DNA of 64,000 nucleotides, from NCBI RefSeq assembly GCF_040938485.1, contig NW_027272869.1, positions 124,001-188,000 on the forward strand, read 5' to 3'. This document shows positions 24,245 through 37,860 of this stretch, piece after piece. Origin of the DNA: Diadema antillarum (taxonomy: Eukaryota). Positions within the stretch are counted from its first letter, which is position 1, and the number at the start of each line of letters is the position of its first letter. The translations under genes and the position numbers were made by a program. Below the pieces are notes generated by a model. The model was not told the origin of the DNA, ran no database searches, and saw only the letters and a list, made by a program, of their open reading frames with translations.

Positions 24245-27200
24245 TCACAGTTTTGACTGGCCACTTGTCAGTGCCTGAATGTGTCGCTGTGTGATGGGCA
24301 CGTACGTCTCCTGGGAAGGTTCGACGATGAATACCTCTTCGAAGTCGGGGTTGAATCCTCGCTTAACCAGATCCGACTTCTTGTGTTTGAATGTGGACGT
24401 CAGATCCGTCGCGCCCACCATGCGCAGGAACTTGGGCTGCGCGTAGGTCGGCAACGAGGAAGTCACGTGACGATAGAGATCCATGTAGTCCATGGTGGCG
24501 CCCTCTCGAACGACAATCGCCGCCATACCGGCTCTGCCATCGTGTCCTGTTGTACAAGCAGATATTGAAAGGACGACAGATTCGATATTTGCAGCAGACC
24601 ATATATCAGACATTACATACTGCCCCCTACGATAATTACACGTCATGATGTCAGTTGCCCAGTCACAAACATGAAAAAGGGATTTAAAAAAAAGGTCTTC
24701 AAAAACCAACGTAGGTTCCCATTATGCTGGCTCGGTAATGCGTTATATGCCCTCGTCAATCTTCTCATGCAATGAAAGAGTGTTCTCGGTTTGAGGTATG
24801 ATATTGTGCATGTTCCTGCTATTACATGTTAGCTTATAATAGCTCCAAACCTCACGTTACGGCGCTCGAGACACTAAAGATACATCATTATTTCCAACGC
24901 TCAATCAACCACTTTATTCAGTCTTCGCGACTTACGACTTAAAGCATAATACCTTCACTATGTTCATCGTAAGTTTGCGAAGACAGGTTCTGCGTGGTTT
25001 TGATTCGTGTGCTGATTGTATACTTATTTCCTTCTACATACCTGGCACATGTACGCCATACACGTTAGCTTCCTCGATGACAGGAAAACAACTAAGGACG
25101 TGCGATACCTCAAAAGTGGACACATTTTCTCCCTTCCATCTAGGACATAAAGACAGAAACACACACAGGAGAATGAAATTTTTTTTTATAAACGTGTCAT
25201 TCTACATTACAGCAGGAATCGGTTATGTTTAAAAAAAAAGAAATGAAGACGAGGAAAGGGTGAGATATTTGATTTCGGACCAGCTGAAATTAGTTGGAAA
25301 AAGAAAGATGGAGTCAAAAAGAAAGAGTAAGGAGGAAAAACAAAGCATATAATTTTGTAAGCACAACAGAGAAAATTTGATCAATACCGCATGAAACTTA
25401 GGGATTATATTTTTTTAATTGCGAAGTTCTACTAGTATCTGCAAAACAATTTGCATCAACAATCAACAATAGTTAATATGAATATGTAAACGTTCGAGTT
25501 GACGATGCTATCACCTCACATCTTGCCATAGATCTGCTTCAAGAGTATAAAACTTAATGCTATACCTGCCTAAATAGCTTCAAAATAGTGATCAGTCAGA
25601 TATTCTACGATTTGAGACTGGGGCATAATTAAACATGAACCCCCCCCCCCCCATGACATCATCATCTAACTTATTTACATATTTACAAACCCGTCAATTC
25701 CATTGGGAGCTTTATACCTCCATTCCACAGAGATTATCTCTCATCGGCCACTCATCGGGGGCTAAGTTTATCGCTTCCGGCCACCCACCGGAGTGTATCG
25801 GATCGCAGTCCTATGAATCTGACTCGTGTTGGTCGACAACCATGCCAGCGTCAGACATGTCGAGCGTAGATCCGATAAGACAGATCGACCGACGAAGATC
25901 ACGCGCGATATTATGTCCGACACCTATCTGAGGCTCGACCAACCAAGTCGGCTTCATCAGACTGCGATCAGATACATTTCGGCGGGTAGTCTGAAGCAAC
26001 AATCTCTGCTTACTGCTTATGATGAGTGACCTATGAGATAAAAATCTTAATGTCTATGGAATGGAGTACTAGATCTGCGACGCGGGCGTTTAAGACGACG
26101 ATTGCGTTGGCCATTCTCTCCCTGCGTCGTGTTGCAAAGAAGATTCAGATCGCGCAAGGGCCCAACCTATGAAATAAATGACGCCTCCATAATTTATGAT
26201 CAGTGCATTAAATAGCTCTCTCCGCCGTGAATATTGAGCGAAAGAAAACATAGCCCAGAACGCGGAGTAAAAACTCGGATAGAGCGAGATTTAGGACTTA
26301 CTAATAAACAGATCGATTTTGATAAGCGATTTTGCGCAAGCGCAGAAGTTTTGTTGTTGTTGTTGTTTTTCTCTGAACGTCCGCGTCGCGAAAATCTTAT
26401 CTTCCCACCTGAAAGTGTCTCCGACTCTGTCGAGGAAGTAGACGTAACCTTCACTGTCGATTCGCATGACGTCACCAGAGTTGAAATACATGTCATCTGG
26501 CACCTTTACGTTCCTTACGATCTTTTTCTCGGACATCTCACGCTTGCCCTTGTAGCCGGCGAACTGTATCTTGCCAAGCATCTTCATCAGCAGCAGTCCA
26601 GGCTCCCCTTTATTCGTTATGTAAAACAATTGGGAGACCACGATCCATTATTACATAGGCCTAATAAATTATTGTATAAAGAAGTTTTATTCAAATGAAG
26701 GACGGATGAGTTAACAATGCGCTTTTTTTGGATTATGGCGGCCTGCCTTTAGATTTCTGCTCGGAATCTGAACAGGTCGGTTATCAGAGCGACTAAATTC
26801 TCAAAAGGATTTATCCGTTTTCTGTTTGACATAAGGCCCCTCTTCGTGGCTTACGCGAAAGGAAGTAGTTCCCATCTGACAGTTTGCTCGAATAGGGTGG
26901 AAGGAGTTTCGACTAATGTCTCCTCTACTGTAGTTGGAACGACCACGCACAAGATTTGTTTTTTTCTTCAGTTAAAGGGGAATGATATACACAATATAAC
27001 TAGAAAAGCACTCTGAGAGCGCACACCTCCGCCAAGCATGGAGCCCATTTCCACCACTGATCTTGTGCTTCCATCATAGAGATATCAGTGATTTCCACCC
27101 ATACATACTTATATAGCATTGTGTGCTGAAAGTCGTCAGATTTCCCAATCTAGAAGCCTTTGTAACTTCATAAACCCTCAAGTTCATTGACTCGACTACC

Positions 27201-30200
27201 TGCCCAAATATCAAAAATCCTTCATAAATTCCCCCAAAATTCTCGGATCACTACCAAAAATTAATCGTTTCTTACTTGTGTCACTCTCAACCTTTCCTGC
27301 AAGTTTCATTCTAATCCGTTAACTACTTTTTGAGTTATTTTGCACAAGGACAAACAAACAAACAAACGGTATACTAACGAAAACATAACCTCCTTCCTTG
27401 GCGGAGGTAATGACATGTGGGTTGAATGAATGCAGCAATATTAGTAGCACACATCAGAAAAACTGATAAGTAATTCAAAAGTTATGAATCTTTAAAACTT
27501 CTGAGCCGCCATCCCTGCTACAACAGTTCGTGACGTCACTGCCGGACAAGGATAAAGAAATTATGTAGATAGTTTCCCATGCAATTTCATTATTTTATGA
27601 AAAGTACATTTGCCCTGACTTAAGTTAAAGTCACTGACAAAAATGTTAAGGTAAATGATAATTCCCTCTGCCTTCTGAAAGTGATAAGTCAAGTGCTCTT
27701 TAATAATGCTAGAAAGATGAAAAAACGTTTAATTAATTCACTTTAAATTTTCATTCAGATCGTTCTCCCGCGGTGACGTCACGAACTTTTTGTCGCTTTT
27801 TTCATTCACAGATGGCGGCACCGAAACGTGATATATTCATAACTTTCGAACAGATTGCTTGATTTTCCTCGAACTGAACTGATGAGTTCTATTAAATGGC
27901 TGCATTTACTCAATCCACACTTGGGCATCGTCTCCGATTGGCCGCAAGATCAAGAATTGGTTGGTTCCGTTTGGAATTAGTGTGCAACATATTAGGCAAT
28001 TTAGTGCCTTCAGACTAGTTATAGTTTTCCTCTTTAGTCTGTTATTATGATCTCTATCAACTGTCTATTCAGATCTTAGAGGGCTTATGATACAAAAAAA
28101 GGAAGCTCTCTTCTCCAGTGTCTTGTAGCAGTGACCTATTAGATTCAAGGCTGAACATTGCATAAAAAAAAAAAACAACGAATGAGAACGGTCGTCTGGT
28201 CAGTCTTTAAACCCGCCCATCTTTTCATATTTGCCTTTGGTTGTTTAAACGAACGCTTGGCCTGAATGCCTTGTTAAAATGCTACGTGGATTATGACATA
28301 CCTGTGGGTACACGAATACACATTCCATGTTTGTCTCGCTTTGGTTCTCCGCTGGCAAAGTCATACTCGACGATTTCAATGTTGTCGAAGAATCTCTATA
28401 GTTAATATAAAAACACATGTGTCAGTGCAGAGAGTAATTAATACGGAAGGCAACATGTTATCACGTCGACGTTATCTAATACATAACATTGCCATGTAAA
28501 AGATAAAAACATAAAGACATGAAAAAGAACAATCTTTCACTGAGGTAATAAGCAAACACTAGTATACCAAACAGCCTTTCTGTTGAGATGAATGAATTCT
28601 TTATTTGAATTGAGGTCAAGATAACCTAGGCCTACATGCAGGAGGAAAAAAAAACGAATCATTTAATCTGATTTATATGGTTATTTCAAGAAACCTCATT
28701 GGATATCGATGTGGTATGAGAGTTGCAGGAGAGCAGTGTTATCAAAGTAACAGTACTGTGTAAATAGTATAAATACCAGTATGAAAAAATAATAGTATTC
28801 TTTAATTACTTTCTTTAAGTTTATTGAAATTGAGTCCCTTATTTGCAATTATCAATTAAAACCAAAGCTAATTATCAAAATTTCTGCAAAGTGCACTGCC
28901 AATCTCTCTACAAAAGTGACAGAATAATTATCTTTGTTGATTGCGGTTGCTAACCTGGAAGAAGAAGAAGTCATGCGTGATTGGATGACAACTCCACTCA
29001 AATTATATTTTTCTTGTGGCATCAACGTTTTGGATGACTTTAGAAGACCAGTATATCAAGCCATTATCGATCTTATTATTATTTTTTTGTGTGTGAATGC
29101 TCTTGCAGTATCAGTTTCAGACTTCAACGCAATCGTTGAAACAGTGACTGCTGTATACCTGGCATGACAATGACAATTAATGCAATCTCGAAATCTTTTT
29201 TCTTTCTTTTTTTTGAGAACAATGATAAAGTGAACTTTCAATTTCCAACTTCCTAATTAAGTAGTTTCGTTCACAAGACATGTTTTCCCCAATTTATGAT
29301 TCTTATGAAAATCCGTCTGTGCGATTCCGTGCGAGGATTTACCCTCATTATCCATGAATATTTTCCCACGGTCCCAAAACGTCCGTCGAAGTTGACGAAC
29401 GTGAATATGCCTTCCGTAGCTCCGTAGAACTCAAAAATCTGGCCGATTTTAAATCTCGTCTGAAACTCTTTCCAGATCTCGACGCGGAGACCATTCCCGA
29501 CGGCTGCACGTAACGGTCTGTCATACTTCCCGTCGTTGTCTTTCTGCGGGTAGAAAAACATTAATGCATTTTTTTTTTTTCATAAGCATTACGATAAAGT
29601 AATTTTCAATTATCGGTCACAAAATAGGGTTTGATTCTTTATCATTCCTGAGTTCACATTATTCTTTAATAATAATGATGATAATGATTTAATATTCTTC
29701 GTCAAATCTGTTTCAACTCCATTCTTCTACCGACCAGTCTTCTCTATTCCATTTCCCGCATTTCATATTGATGCATTATCCCCTTCTTCATTTTCCTTCT
29801 CATTATACCCTATTACTTCATTGTTCTTATGATTTTCTTCGACATCTTCCCCACCTTCTTTTTTCCCCGGACCATTTCAACAACTCGCTGTACAATTATA
29901 GAATAATGTAAACAGGGTTGTCTTCAGAAGCTTAAGACGGAAATCTACCGCTGTCGTATATAGCAACGTACCGGTGGTTGAGCCAGCAGGTAGCGGCATA
30001 TTTCGCCGATGTACTGGAAGATAGTAACCCTGTACTTCCGTACGTCGTCCCAGAATCGGCTGGCAGAAAACTTCCGGGATACAGCTATTGTGGAACCTGA
30101 ATCGTGCATTTAGTAAAGGAGGGAGGAATTATAATCAAAACTATTACATGAAAATCTTTGTTTGGAGCAGAAGGTATAAAACACTCCTCATGATAGGTGA

Positions 30201-32891
30201 GGATCTTCGTTAACCCTTTGGATCAAATTTATAACCATGGAGTTACAGTTGTAGCTTCATGTTATCCATTCCCTATATACATTAGTAGATTCTATATCCT
30301 ACATCGTTAGATATATGAGATGGTACCTGAGTAGCTTAGATGCGATGAACTGTAAAGATACAAACAATTCTATAAAATACTAAATCTTCCCTATGAATGT
30401 TCTTACATAAACTGTTTTTGGACGTATGGTTCTTCCGTCAAAAAGACAGCACTGTAATACTGCCAAGTATGGACAGCTTGATGGAGGGGAAAATACAATT
30501 TTTTCTATTTTTTTTTAAATAAAGGTTGAACAGGATAATGAAATTACCTTTCATCCAGCTGCCACATACAGCGACGAGGAGCGCCGCGGAGTGATACAAT
30601 GGGAGTGAAATGTAGTATACATCCTCTGCTGAAAGATGGCTGTACAAATGGTAAAAGATTCCCGCACCCACAAGTTTCGAGTGAGGTATGACAGCCGGTT
30701 TTGGCATCCCTGGTATTGTGGGGGAGGGGTTGAATCAAACACACGATTGTTATACCTCAGTAGGTTAACATTATGATAAAAATTCAACACCAATGATGAT
30801 GATGATAATAAAAATGATTTTAACAATAAACATAAAATTAAATTACATTTCTTACAATACTAATGATGAATAACTGAATACAAAAATTAATGAATACATC
30901 ATTTTCATTATTTAATTAAGAATTTGGTGAACAGTAGTTAGTAGCACTATTAGGTATGCCTAACATGACGTTGAAAAACTTGATATGTCCTCCATAAGAG
31001 CAAGTGCACTTGCAAGGTTGCCGCTGAATTTAGCCTAGGATGAACGAAGTGTCACCAGGTGAGTGGATATAAGACTCAAACTGAAACAACGCCAACATGT
31101 CCAAAATTCAGGATTGGTTGTTAGATATAAATCCAGCGTCCTGTCAGCTGTATTATATAGTGCACTTCTGAGCGTCTTTTGCCAAACGATCTCGACCTAC
31201 GTTCTATGATCCTTCAGTTAAAGATAAAAAGGAAAGGTACAAAGTCTTGCAAGCTAGTAGGCCCCTCGGTCGAATCACTTAATTTCCTGAATGTCATTGT
31301 TGACTCAAATGGCAAGCATGGTGGTTATCAAAGTTACCTCTGACTAACCCTGGCATGCACTTAACATCGTTTCACTTTTTTTTGTAAGGAACAAAAGGAG
31401 CTCCTGTCGACAAACTCCTCTAAGCTTGATTTCCTCCTCGTACCCGTTGTTCCAGATGTAAAGATGTACGAAGCCACGTCTGTGAGATTCTCAATACGGA
31501 CCGAAGGGTAATGATCGTCGGATACGGTGTCGATATCCATGGTTACCAAATCGTTCGGCGGCGACATGTCCTCTATGCCCGTGTCGTTGACCATCCAGAG
31601 GTCGATGCCCAGGTCGCGGAGATCGGGTAAGATGTCGCACACGGCGGAAAGAAACTCTGTGGTCGACACAAATCAGAGTATGGAAATATTACGATGGGAC
31701 ACAGAATTGCTATGATCTCAGTCTACTGATTCGTGTGTAAATGTGAATGTGTCTACACAATAGTCATGTACATGTGTGCACTTTTCGAATCCACACTGTG
31801 GCAGAGTAGAGCGTCCTGTAGCCGAAGACTAGAATGAAACCTCTGTGGTGGTAGCTTTTCACATTATTCACTCCCTGAACTTCTTTCTGTAAGTTCAAGT
31901 TAAAGACATATCTAAAAATCCAATCAATGAAAACGCAGAAGTGTGAATAGCAAGTCCATCTTCGTGGATGGGGGGGGGGGGGGGGGGGTAGCGGGGGATC
32001 GATGCGATACGTAAACAAGAAACTACCATATCTGAAGTGTGTGTTTGAACATTTACACACTGGCTTTTCTCTATGTCATGTCTGTGTTTGATGTTTCGGC
32101 AACTTCGGCTCTCACAATAGATTCTTGGCTTACAAGATCTGGGCTCTGACAGATCATTTACAGCAGCACTAAGTTATAAAAATTGCTGCTAATTAGCAAA
32201 ACATACTGTACGAGTGAACAAACAAACGAAATGATCAAAGCTGATGATCTGTAGCTAAACAGTCTTGTTGCAGATGTAATGTTTTTGGTGACGTTTGGCC
32301 ATTCTTTGTTGGAAAGGGGAGGGTTATGATATGGGTACTGGCCTCATATCACTTGACTGAGCTACAAGTATTACAGTACTTTCAAAACAGCAAACCTGAA
32401 CCAAAGATGAGTTTCTTGGCTTCGCTCGTTCGTATACAGTGCAGAAGTGTAGCTCCACGGAGGTTGTAATTCATAAGGCTCGAAATGACGCCCAGCTTCA
32501 ACAGTCCCAACCACGTCCACAAAAACGTCGGCCCGTTGTGTAGCAGGACGCACACCGCGTCACCTTTCTTCAAGCTGGGGTCCGAACCGCTGATCCACCG
32601 CGCCGTCATGCTTGCCTTGCGGGACACGTCGGCATAACTGTACGATTCCTCTCGGTACAGGATGCAGGGATGGTTGGGAGTCTCCTTCGCGTACTTCTCG
32701 AAGAATTCAGGGACGGAAATTCTCTCCTTATCAAGGTTTTCAAGCGTTTTAAAGAACTTCATAATGCGGCGCATTTGTTCCACGTCAGACAATAAGGTCG
32801 GGTACTTCCATCGAAGCCAGGCATATCCAGATGGGATGGACACGGCTGCGATGGCTGCGGCCCTCTGGCCGGCACTCCAAGATGACGCCAT
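24245..32891 (-). CDS. SLC27A2-like: SLC27/FATP acyl-CoA synthetase, paralog B (9 exons, 629 aa, C-terminal SKL)
   Basis: Exons: 32396-32891, 31444-31656, 30548-30709, 29972-30096, 29343-29543, 28302-28395, 26409-26607, 25042-25139, 24245-24546; total 1890 nt with consistent phases 1,1,1,0,0,1,2,1. Motifs [36 protein letters not shown]; ends SGQSKL*. Confidence 0.92.
25717..26066. mobile_element. TA-flanked imperfect palindromic MITE in intron 7 of paralog B
   Basis: CTCCATTCCA...TCTCAT(C/A)GG(C/T)CACTCATC mirrored at the right end; inner arms TGTATC(G/T)GATCGCAGTC...TGAA...GAC also mirrored; absent from intron 7 of C. Confidence 0.6.
26972..27935. mobile_element. Degenerate Kolobok-like foldback MITE interrupted by the HINE
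   Basis: Starts TTAAAGGGGAATG; arm 27412-27700 is an imperfect inverted repeat of 27740-27930; a similar arm lies at about 2800-3065. Confidence 0.5.
26998..27411 (-). mobile_element. Helentron-type non-autonomous element (HINE), copy 2
   Basis: Reverse-complement homolog of 42294-42812 with the same subterminal repeats, hairpin and CTAGTT end; (CAAA)n tract; inserted into a TTAA-start MITE arm. Confidence 0.78.
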
Positions 32892-33330
32892 GTTAGAGTT
32901 CTGTCCTTAGTTTTTAGCGATCTACACGTGCTTGAAAGATAAAACTCCTGTTCCAGCTTCCTCAACACAATACATCAGGTACGTCTCCAACAATGGAAGT
33001 CAAATTGCGCGTTTGCACCACTGGGGTACCAGTGTTTTACCATCGGCTGAAGCGGGGTCAATAATAACAGAAACCCTGACTGCCTAAAGATGAGATTCTA
33101 AAGGTCACTCTTGTATTTCGTTTACACGATTACGATATCGATAAACGCTCTTGTGACTGTTGGCAGTCACTTGCCAACTAGCTCAATGTAAAAGCGTAAA
33201 TTCGACTCCAGCTAAATCCTTGTTCTTATAAATACCTCCCAACTCCTCTATAGGACTAGCACACCGGTTTTGTCATTGTCACGTACAGTGTACACATACT
33301 CTCATCTAGTCTCCTTTAGCTAAAAGGGTC

Positions 33331-33343
33331 TGTACTTTGAACG
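33331..33343. promoter_or_regulatory. DR1-like element upstream of paralog B (inverted)
   Basis: TGTACTTTGAACG, the reverse complement of CGTTCAAAGTACA, about 440 bp upstream of the ATG. Confidence 0.55.
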
Positions 33344-35582
33344 GTCTTCATGGTGTAAGCGCACAGTAAACACTTCAAGTAGTACTATTCTCGTACGCAA
33401 ACAAGTAAAAAAGAGAGATATATAATACATAGATGGAAATGAACTGTCAGCTCAGGGGACATGATCACACACAAAAAAAATATAGCATTGAATGATTTCT
33501 ACGGTCGGAGACATTGATGGATACTAGAGGAATGCTCTATAAAAAAAAGAGAACTGTAGTTTAACATGAATGAAAGGTATGAGCAGATAAACTTATATCA
33601 TATACATACCATACTCGTTTGCATCACTTTACCTCATACCACTGCTAGAAACAGGTATACGCACTTGCACTGGGTACGCCCCCACAAAAAAAAAATAAAA
33701 ATCAAACAAACAAAATAAAAACGCACCCACAGACACACTAAGAACATCGCAATTGGTGCTGAAGTTCACCAAGATAAGCGATCCCTCAATCAGTTTTCAA
33801 AGTTAAAGTTAAACACCACGCAACACCACTCAAATATCTATGTTGATTTTAGTTAATACAGTCATTACTTATAGTGTGGGTGTCAGAGGCTGAACCTTGT
33901 TTTGAATATGTACGTGTATCTCAAAATGCTCAAGAATACAAAAGTTGCATGATCCAATGTCGGATTCGCCATCCTCCAAATAAGGTAAAACTTTATTTTT
34001 GTTTACATTTTCCACTATTCATAAGAAAAAATATATAAATTTCAGATTAATAGCCGCCACTTTGGTGGCCATTTTGAATATCTCAAAACCCTCAATGATG
34101 CAAGAGTTGCATCATCTAGATTCGGATTCAGTACCCTCGAAAGAGTAAAAACCATTAAAAAAACAAAAAGCAAAACAAAAATCGGGCAGACAGTAAAACA
34201 AGGCGAGGCTCAAAATCTGACTTTGGCACCCAAACTATAACAGGATAAACGAATACTACTACTGTATAGTCTTTAAACTCAGACAAGAAAAAAAAGTCTT
34301 TCTCCTTCTGTCATATACCCGGCCCCCATCAAGATAAATTTATTATCTTGCTCTTCCGGAAAAAAAAAAAGTCCGCAAACTCATTAAGAATCGTATGTAA
34401 TGTAGGTAATACGTTGCTACATGATCTCTCATTCATCAATTTGTCGTTCACTGGCACTGTATTTTGACTCTAACCACTCACTAATCATGAGGACAAAAGT
34501 TATTTGACCACAATAGATTATCAGAAAGTAATGTACAGCAAGGGATGGTTTCAGTTTCATTAAAATCTTTATTTCGAAGGAATGATATCTTTAATTTGGG
34601 AGAGTATGCAAATCACCTGCGGGATACATGTACAACATTCGCAGTCTACTCGCGTAGTCTGGTGGTTTCTTCTCAGTAGTTATCATAATATATTATGTAC
34701 AATGTTGCAGATATATAATGTGAACTGAAGATGAACACAATACATTCTCGTAAAAATGAAGTAAAACTTCACGAACCTTGACGCTGTATTCACAGGCCTT
34801 GATTCTTCAAAAAATTTCAGACTGCTTCTTTTGTTCATAGTCTCAGTGAGTGCATACATTAAAAACGAAAACCCCAGCAATAGCTTGTAAGACAACAGAT
34901 GCATAGTTCACAATAACACCGTAATCCAGTCTCGGTATGTTTCCTCAAAACACAAAACAAACAAGCAAATATATTCAGAAACAGAGACATAGATCGACAT
35001 GATATTGCAAGGGACAGGTTTGACATACGAGTCCTCTGTAATGGTGAGTGATTGCCTCCATAAAAGCTGACTTTAATAGACATGTTTGCCAAATGCCTCG
35101 TTTTTCCCTTTTGACCTCTGTCCTTTTGGAAGTTGCAACATCTACTTAGTAGTACGTTCATGCTAATTCATAGTCACGTCGCAGTATACGGTTACGTCCA
35201 TTAGTTGAATAGTGTTCGTGTCTGACGTTTCTCTATAGCACGGTGACATCTCAGAGTTCAAATTTGGCCTTGGTCTCTGACCCCTGACCTTATATGTATC
35301 TAGCTCAGAGCTTCAGCATTACAATGACCTTACCTGATTTCAAAACCTGATCTCAAAAACTGTCGGCTGTAACAGATTTCTTGTTTTCCTTCGACCAACT
35401 TTGATTGAAGCTAACTTAAATTACATTACGCGGCAGCTGTGCAAAATTCAAAACTTGAATTCTTATTCAACCATGAGTGACTCGTGACTTTGTGGCCTTG
35501 GTTCTTCTCTGTACACCCATCCCCATACTAGTCAGCATTGAATCATCCCAAAGTTGTTTGGGTTACCCAAAGTGGTCCTATC

Positions 35583-36285
35583 ATGGACATATGAACATAA
35601 TATGATTAACGTATGAACAGAAAAACAGATGAGCATATGAACAAGTGAACATATGGACAGATGTGACATATGGACATAAATGAACATGAGCATATGAACA
35701 TATCATGAGCATATGAACAAATGAACATATGGACAGATGCGATATATGGACAGACGAACAGAAAAACAGATGAGCATATGAGCGTATGAACAAATGAACA
35801 GATGAACACATGGACAGATGTGACATATGGACAGATGAACAGAAAAACAGATGAACATATGAACAAATAAACATACCATGGACAGATGCGACATATGGAC
35901 AGATGAACAGAGGAACAGATGAGCATATGAGCGTATGAACAAATGAACACATGAACACATGGACAGATGTGACATACGGACAGATGAACAGAAAAACAGA
36001 TGGACATATGAACAAATAAACATACCATGGACAGATGCGACATATGGACAGATGAACAGAGGAACAGATGAGCATATGAACAAATGAAAATATGAACAGA
36101 TGAACAAATGGACAGACGCGACATATGGGCAGATGAACAGAAAATCAGATGAACATATGAACATATAAACAGATGAACATTCGTGTATGTGACATATTTA
36201 TGAACAGAAAAACAGATGAGCGTGTGAACATATGAACAGATGAATATGTGGATAGATGCGACATATGAAACTATGGACGAACATA
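35583..36285. repeat. Minisatellite built from 8-bp units (ATGAACAG/ATGGACAG/ATGAACAT variants) with higher-order repeats
   Basis: 8-bp periodicity throughout; a ~69-bp block recurs at 35862 and 36011 (149-bp spacing). Confidence 0.92.
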
Positions 36286-37467
36286 CAATCTAAAACTTTG
36301 GGCTATTTGTCCTTCCATGTCAAATATCTTTCCGGGCATACATTAGTGTATTTCTTCAATGTTTAACATTTTCCAGCAGTTGCTTACGGCACATCTTTCC
36401 TCAGGCTCACGAGGGTACAATCTCCGGATCATTACAGCATCTTAGCTTATTTCAGTCACAGTCTTGTGTCTGGAGCATAAATATCTAACCCAGCAAATAT
36501 ACAGATCACCTCTTTCAGACACGTGCCCACTGGACTCCTACTGTATATCGTGTGCAACAAGTTTCTCAAGACCCAAGTCCAAAGAGAGCCTCGATTGGCA
36601 CAAAGTTATCTGCAATCTTGTGAACTGAACTCAGATTTCAAAATAATCGAATAGAGAGAAAATATAATATACATGTATTATTACTTTGTGCTGGAGAATG
36701 CAGTTTCCTACACAGAGAGTTTGTAATATTATAGACAATGTACTTCATGTTTCACAAGTCAACTGTGTACAGAAAAACAAATTTCACTTAAACAGTTCAC
36801 ATTATATGAAGAAGATTTGTCACTACCATCATAACGGTACGATCTATTAAGGAATACAGCTTGCACTACACATGTGACAAAATTACATGAAGCAATTCTT
36901 ACATACAAGTTCTTTGCAATCCTAGTTTTCATATCTCATTTTGTAAAATAGAAATGACATCTTGTATATAATGTACACTATTACAGTAATATAGTCAATG
37001 AATGTTGGAGCAAGTTCTCCCCTGTTTTTGTTCGTGCTTGTTCAGGAATACTGTTCAAAATGGAGGGCAGTTTTGCAACCACACCTAGTTTCAGAAATCT
37101 TTAAATATAATTGATTTTTTTTCAACCACTAGCCTTTATATACCACGACAGCTTGGCAACATTATACACTGTACATCACTGGGTCTTCCGGCTAGGTGAT
37201 ATAACTACACATATATGCATATTAAAAACATCACAAGCTTATTGCCAATTACTATGTCTTCTTGCCAATATGGCGCAACTCCATGAAAGTATACTTGTTA
37301 GTACTTGAAGACAGTGCAACAGAATTGATAATTTTACAACACACACAAACATTACTACACAAGCTATTACTTTTTCAATGCAGTTGCTTTATAATTATTG
37401 TATAATGAAGAGAATAAGAGCTGAACAATCAAAAACCACAAAAATGGCCATGAAATTTAAACATTAA

Positions 37468-37856
37468 AGGGATCGTACAGTTCTGGTTGAGACCTAATTT
37501 CCGGTTTCTAACATTTTTAGGTGAGATAATGAGAAATCTAATATGAAATATGAAATATGAAAGAGCATGCAATTTTATGAGGAATTCAACGTTTATTTGA
37601 TAAAAATTGGTTTTGAAATGGCTGAGATATCCATAAAAGAATGATTCTAGTAAAGTGTGGGACCCACACTTTGTAATGATCGCTTTGTTTTACTTTGTTT
37701 TTGGATGTTTCAGTTATTCCAAACCCGATTTTCATCAAATAAACTTTGAATTCCTCTTAAAATGGTAGGCTCTGTACTATATCATAAGTGTTTTCTTGGT
37801 ATCTTGCGAAAATTGAAAAGCCTAATTCTCATCTCAACCAAAACTGTACTATCCCT
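37468..37856. mobile_element. Kolobok-like MITE with TTAA TSD
   Basis: TTAA|AGGGATCGTACAGTTCTGGTTGAGA ... TCTCAACCAAAACTGTACTATCCCT|TTAA; ~25-bp TIR with 2 mismatches. Confidence 0.85.
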
Positions 37857-37860
37857 TTAA

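Noticed and set aside
6634-32891. B and C as uncollapsed alleles or an assembly duplication
   Set aside because: Many amino-acid differences, heavily diverged introns and different TE insertions fit true paralogs.
35581-36164. Three overlapping 150-170 aa Cys/Ser/His/Met-rich ORFs
   Set aside because: They result from the 8-bp minisatellite lacking stop codons on the minus strand; open in all frames with no domain.
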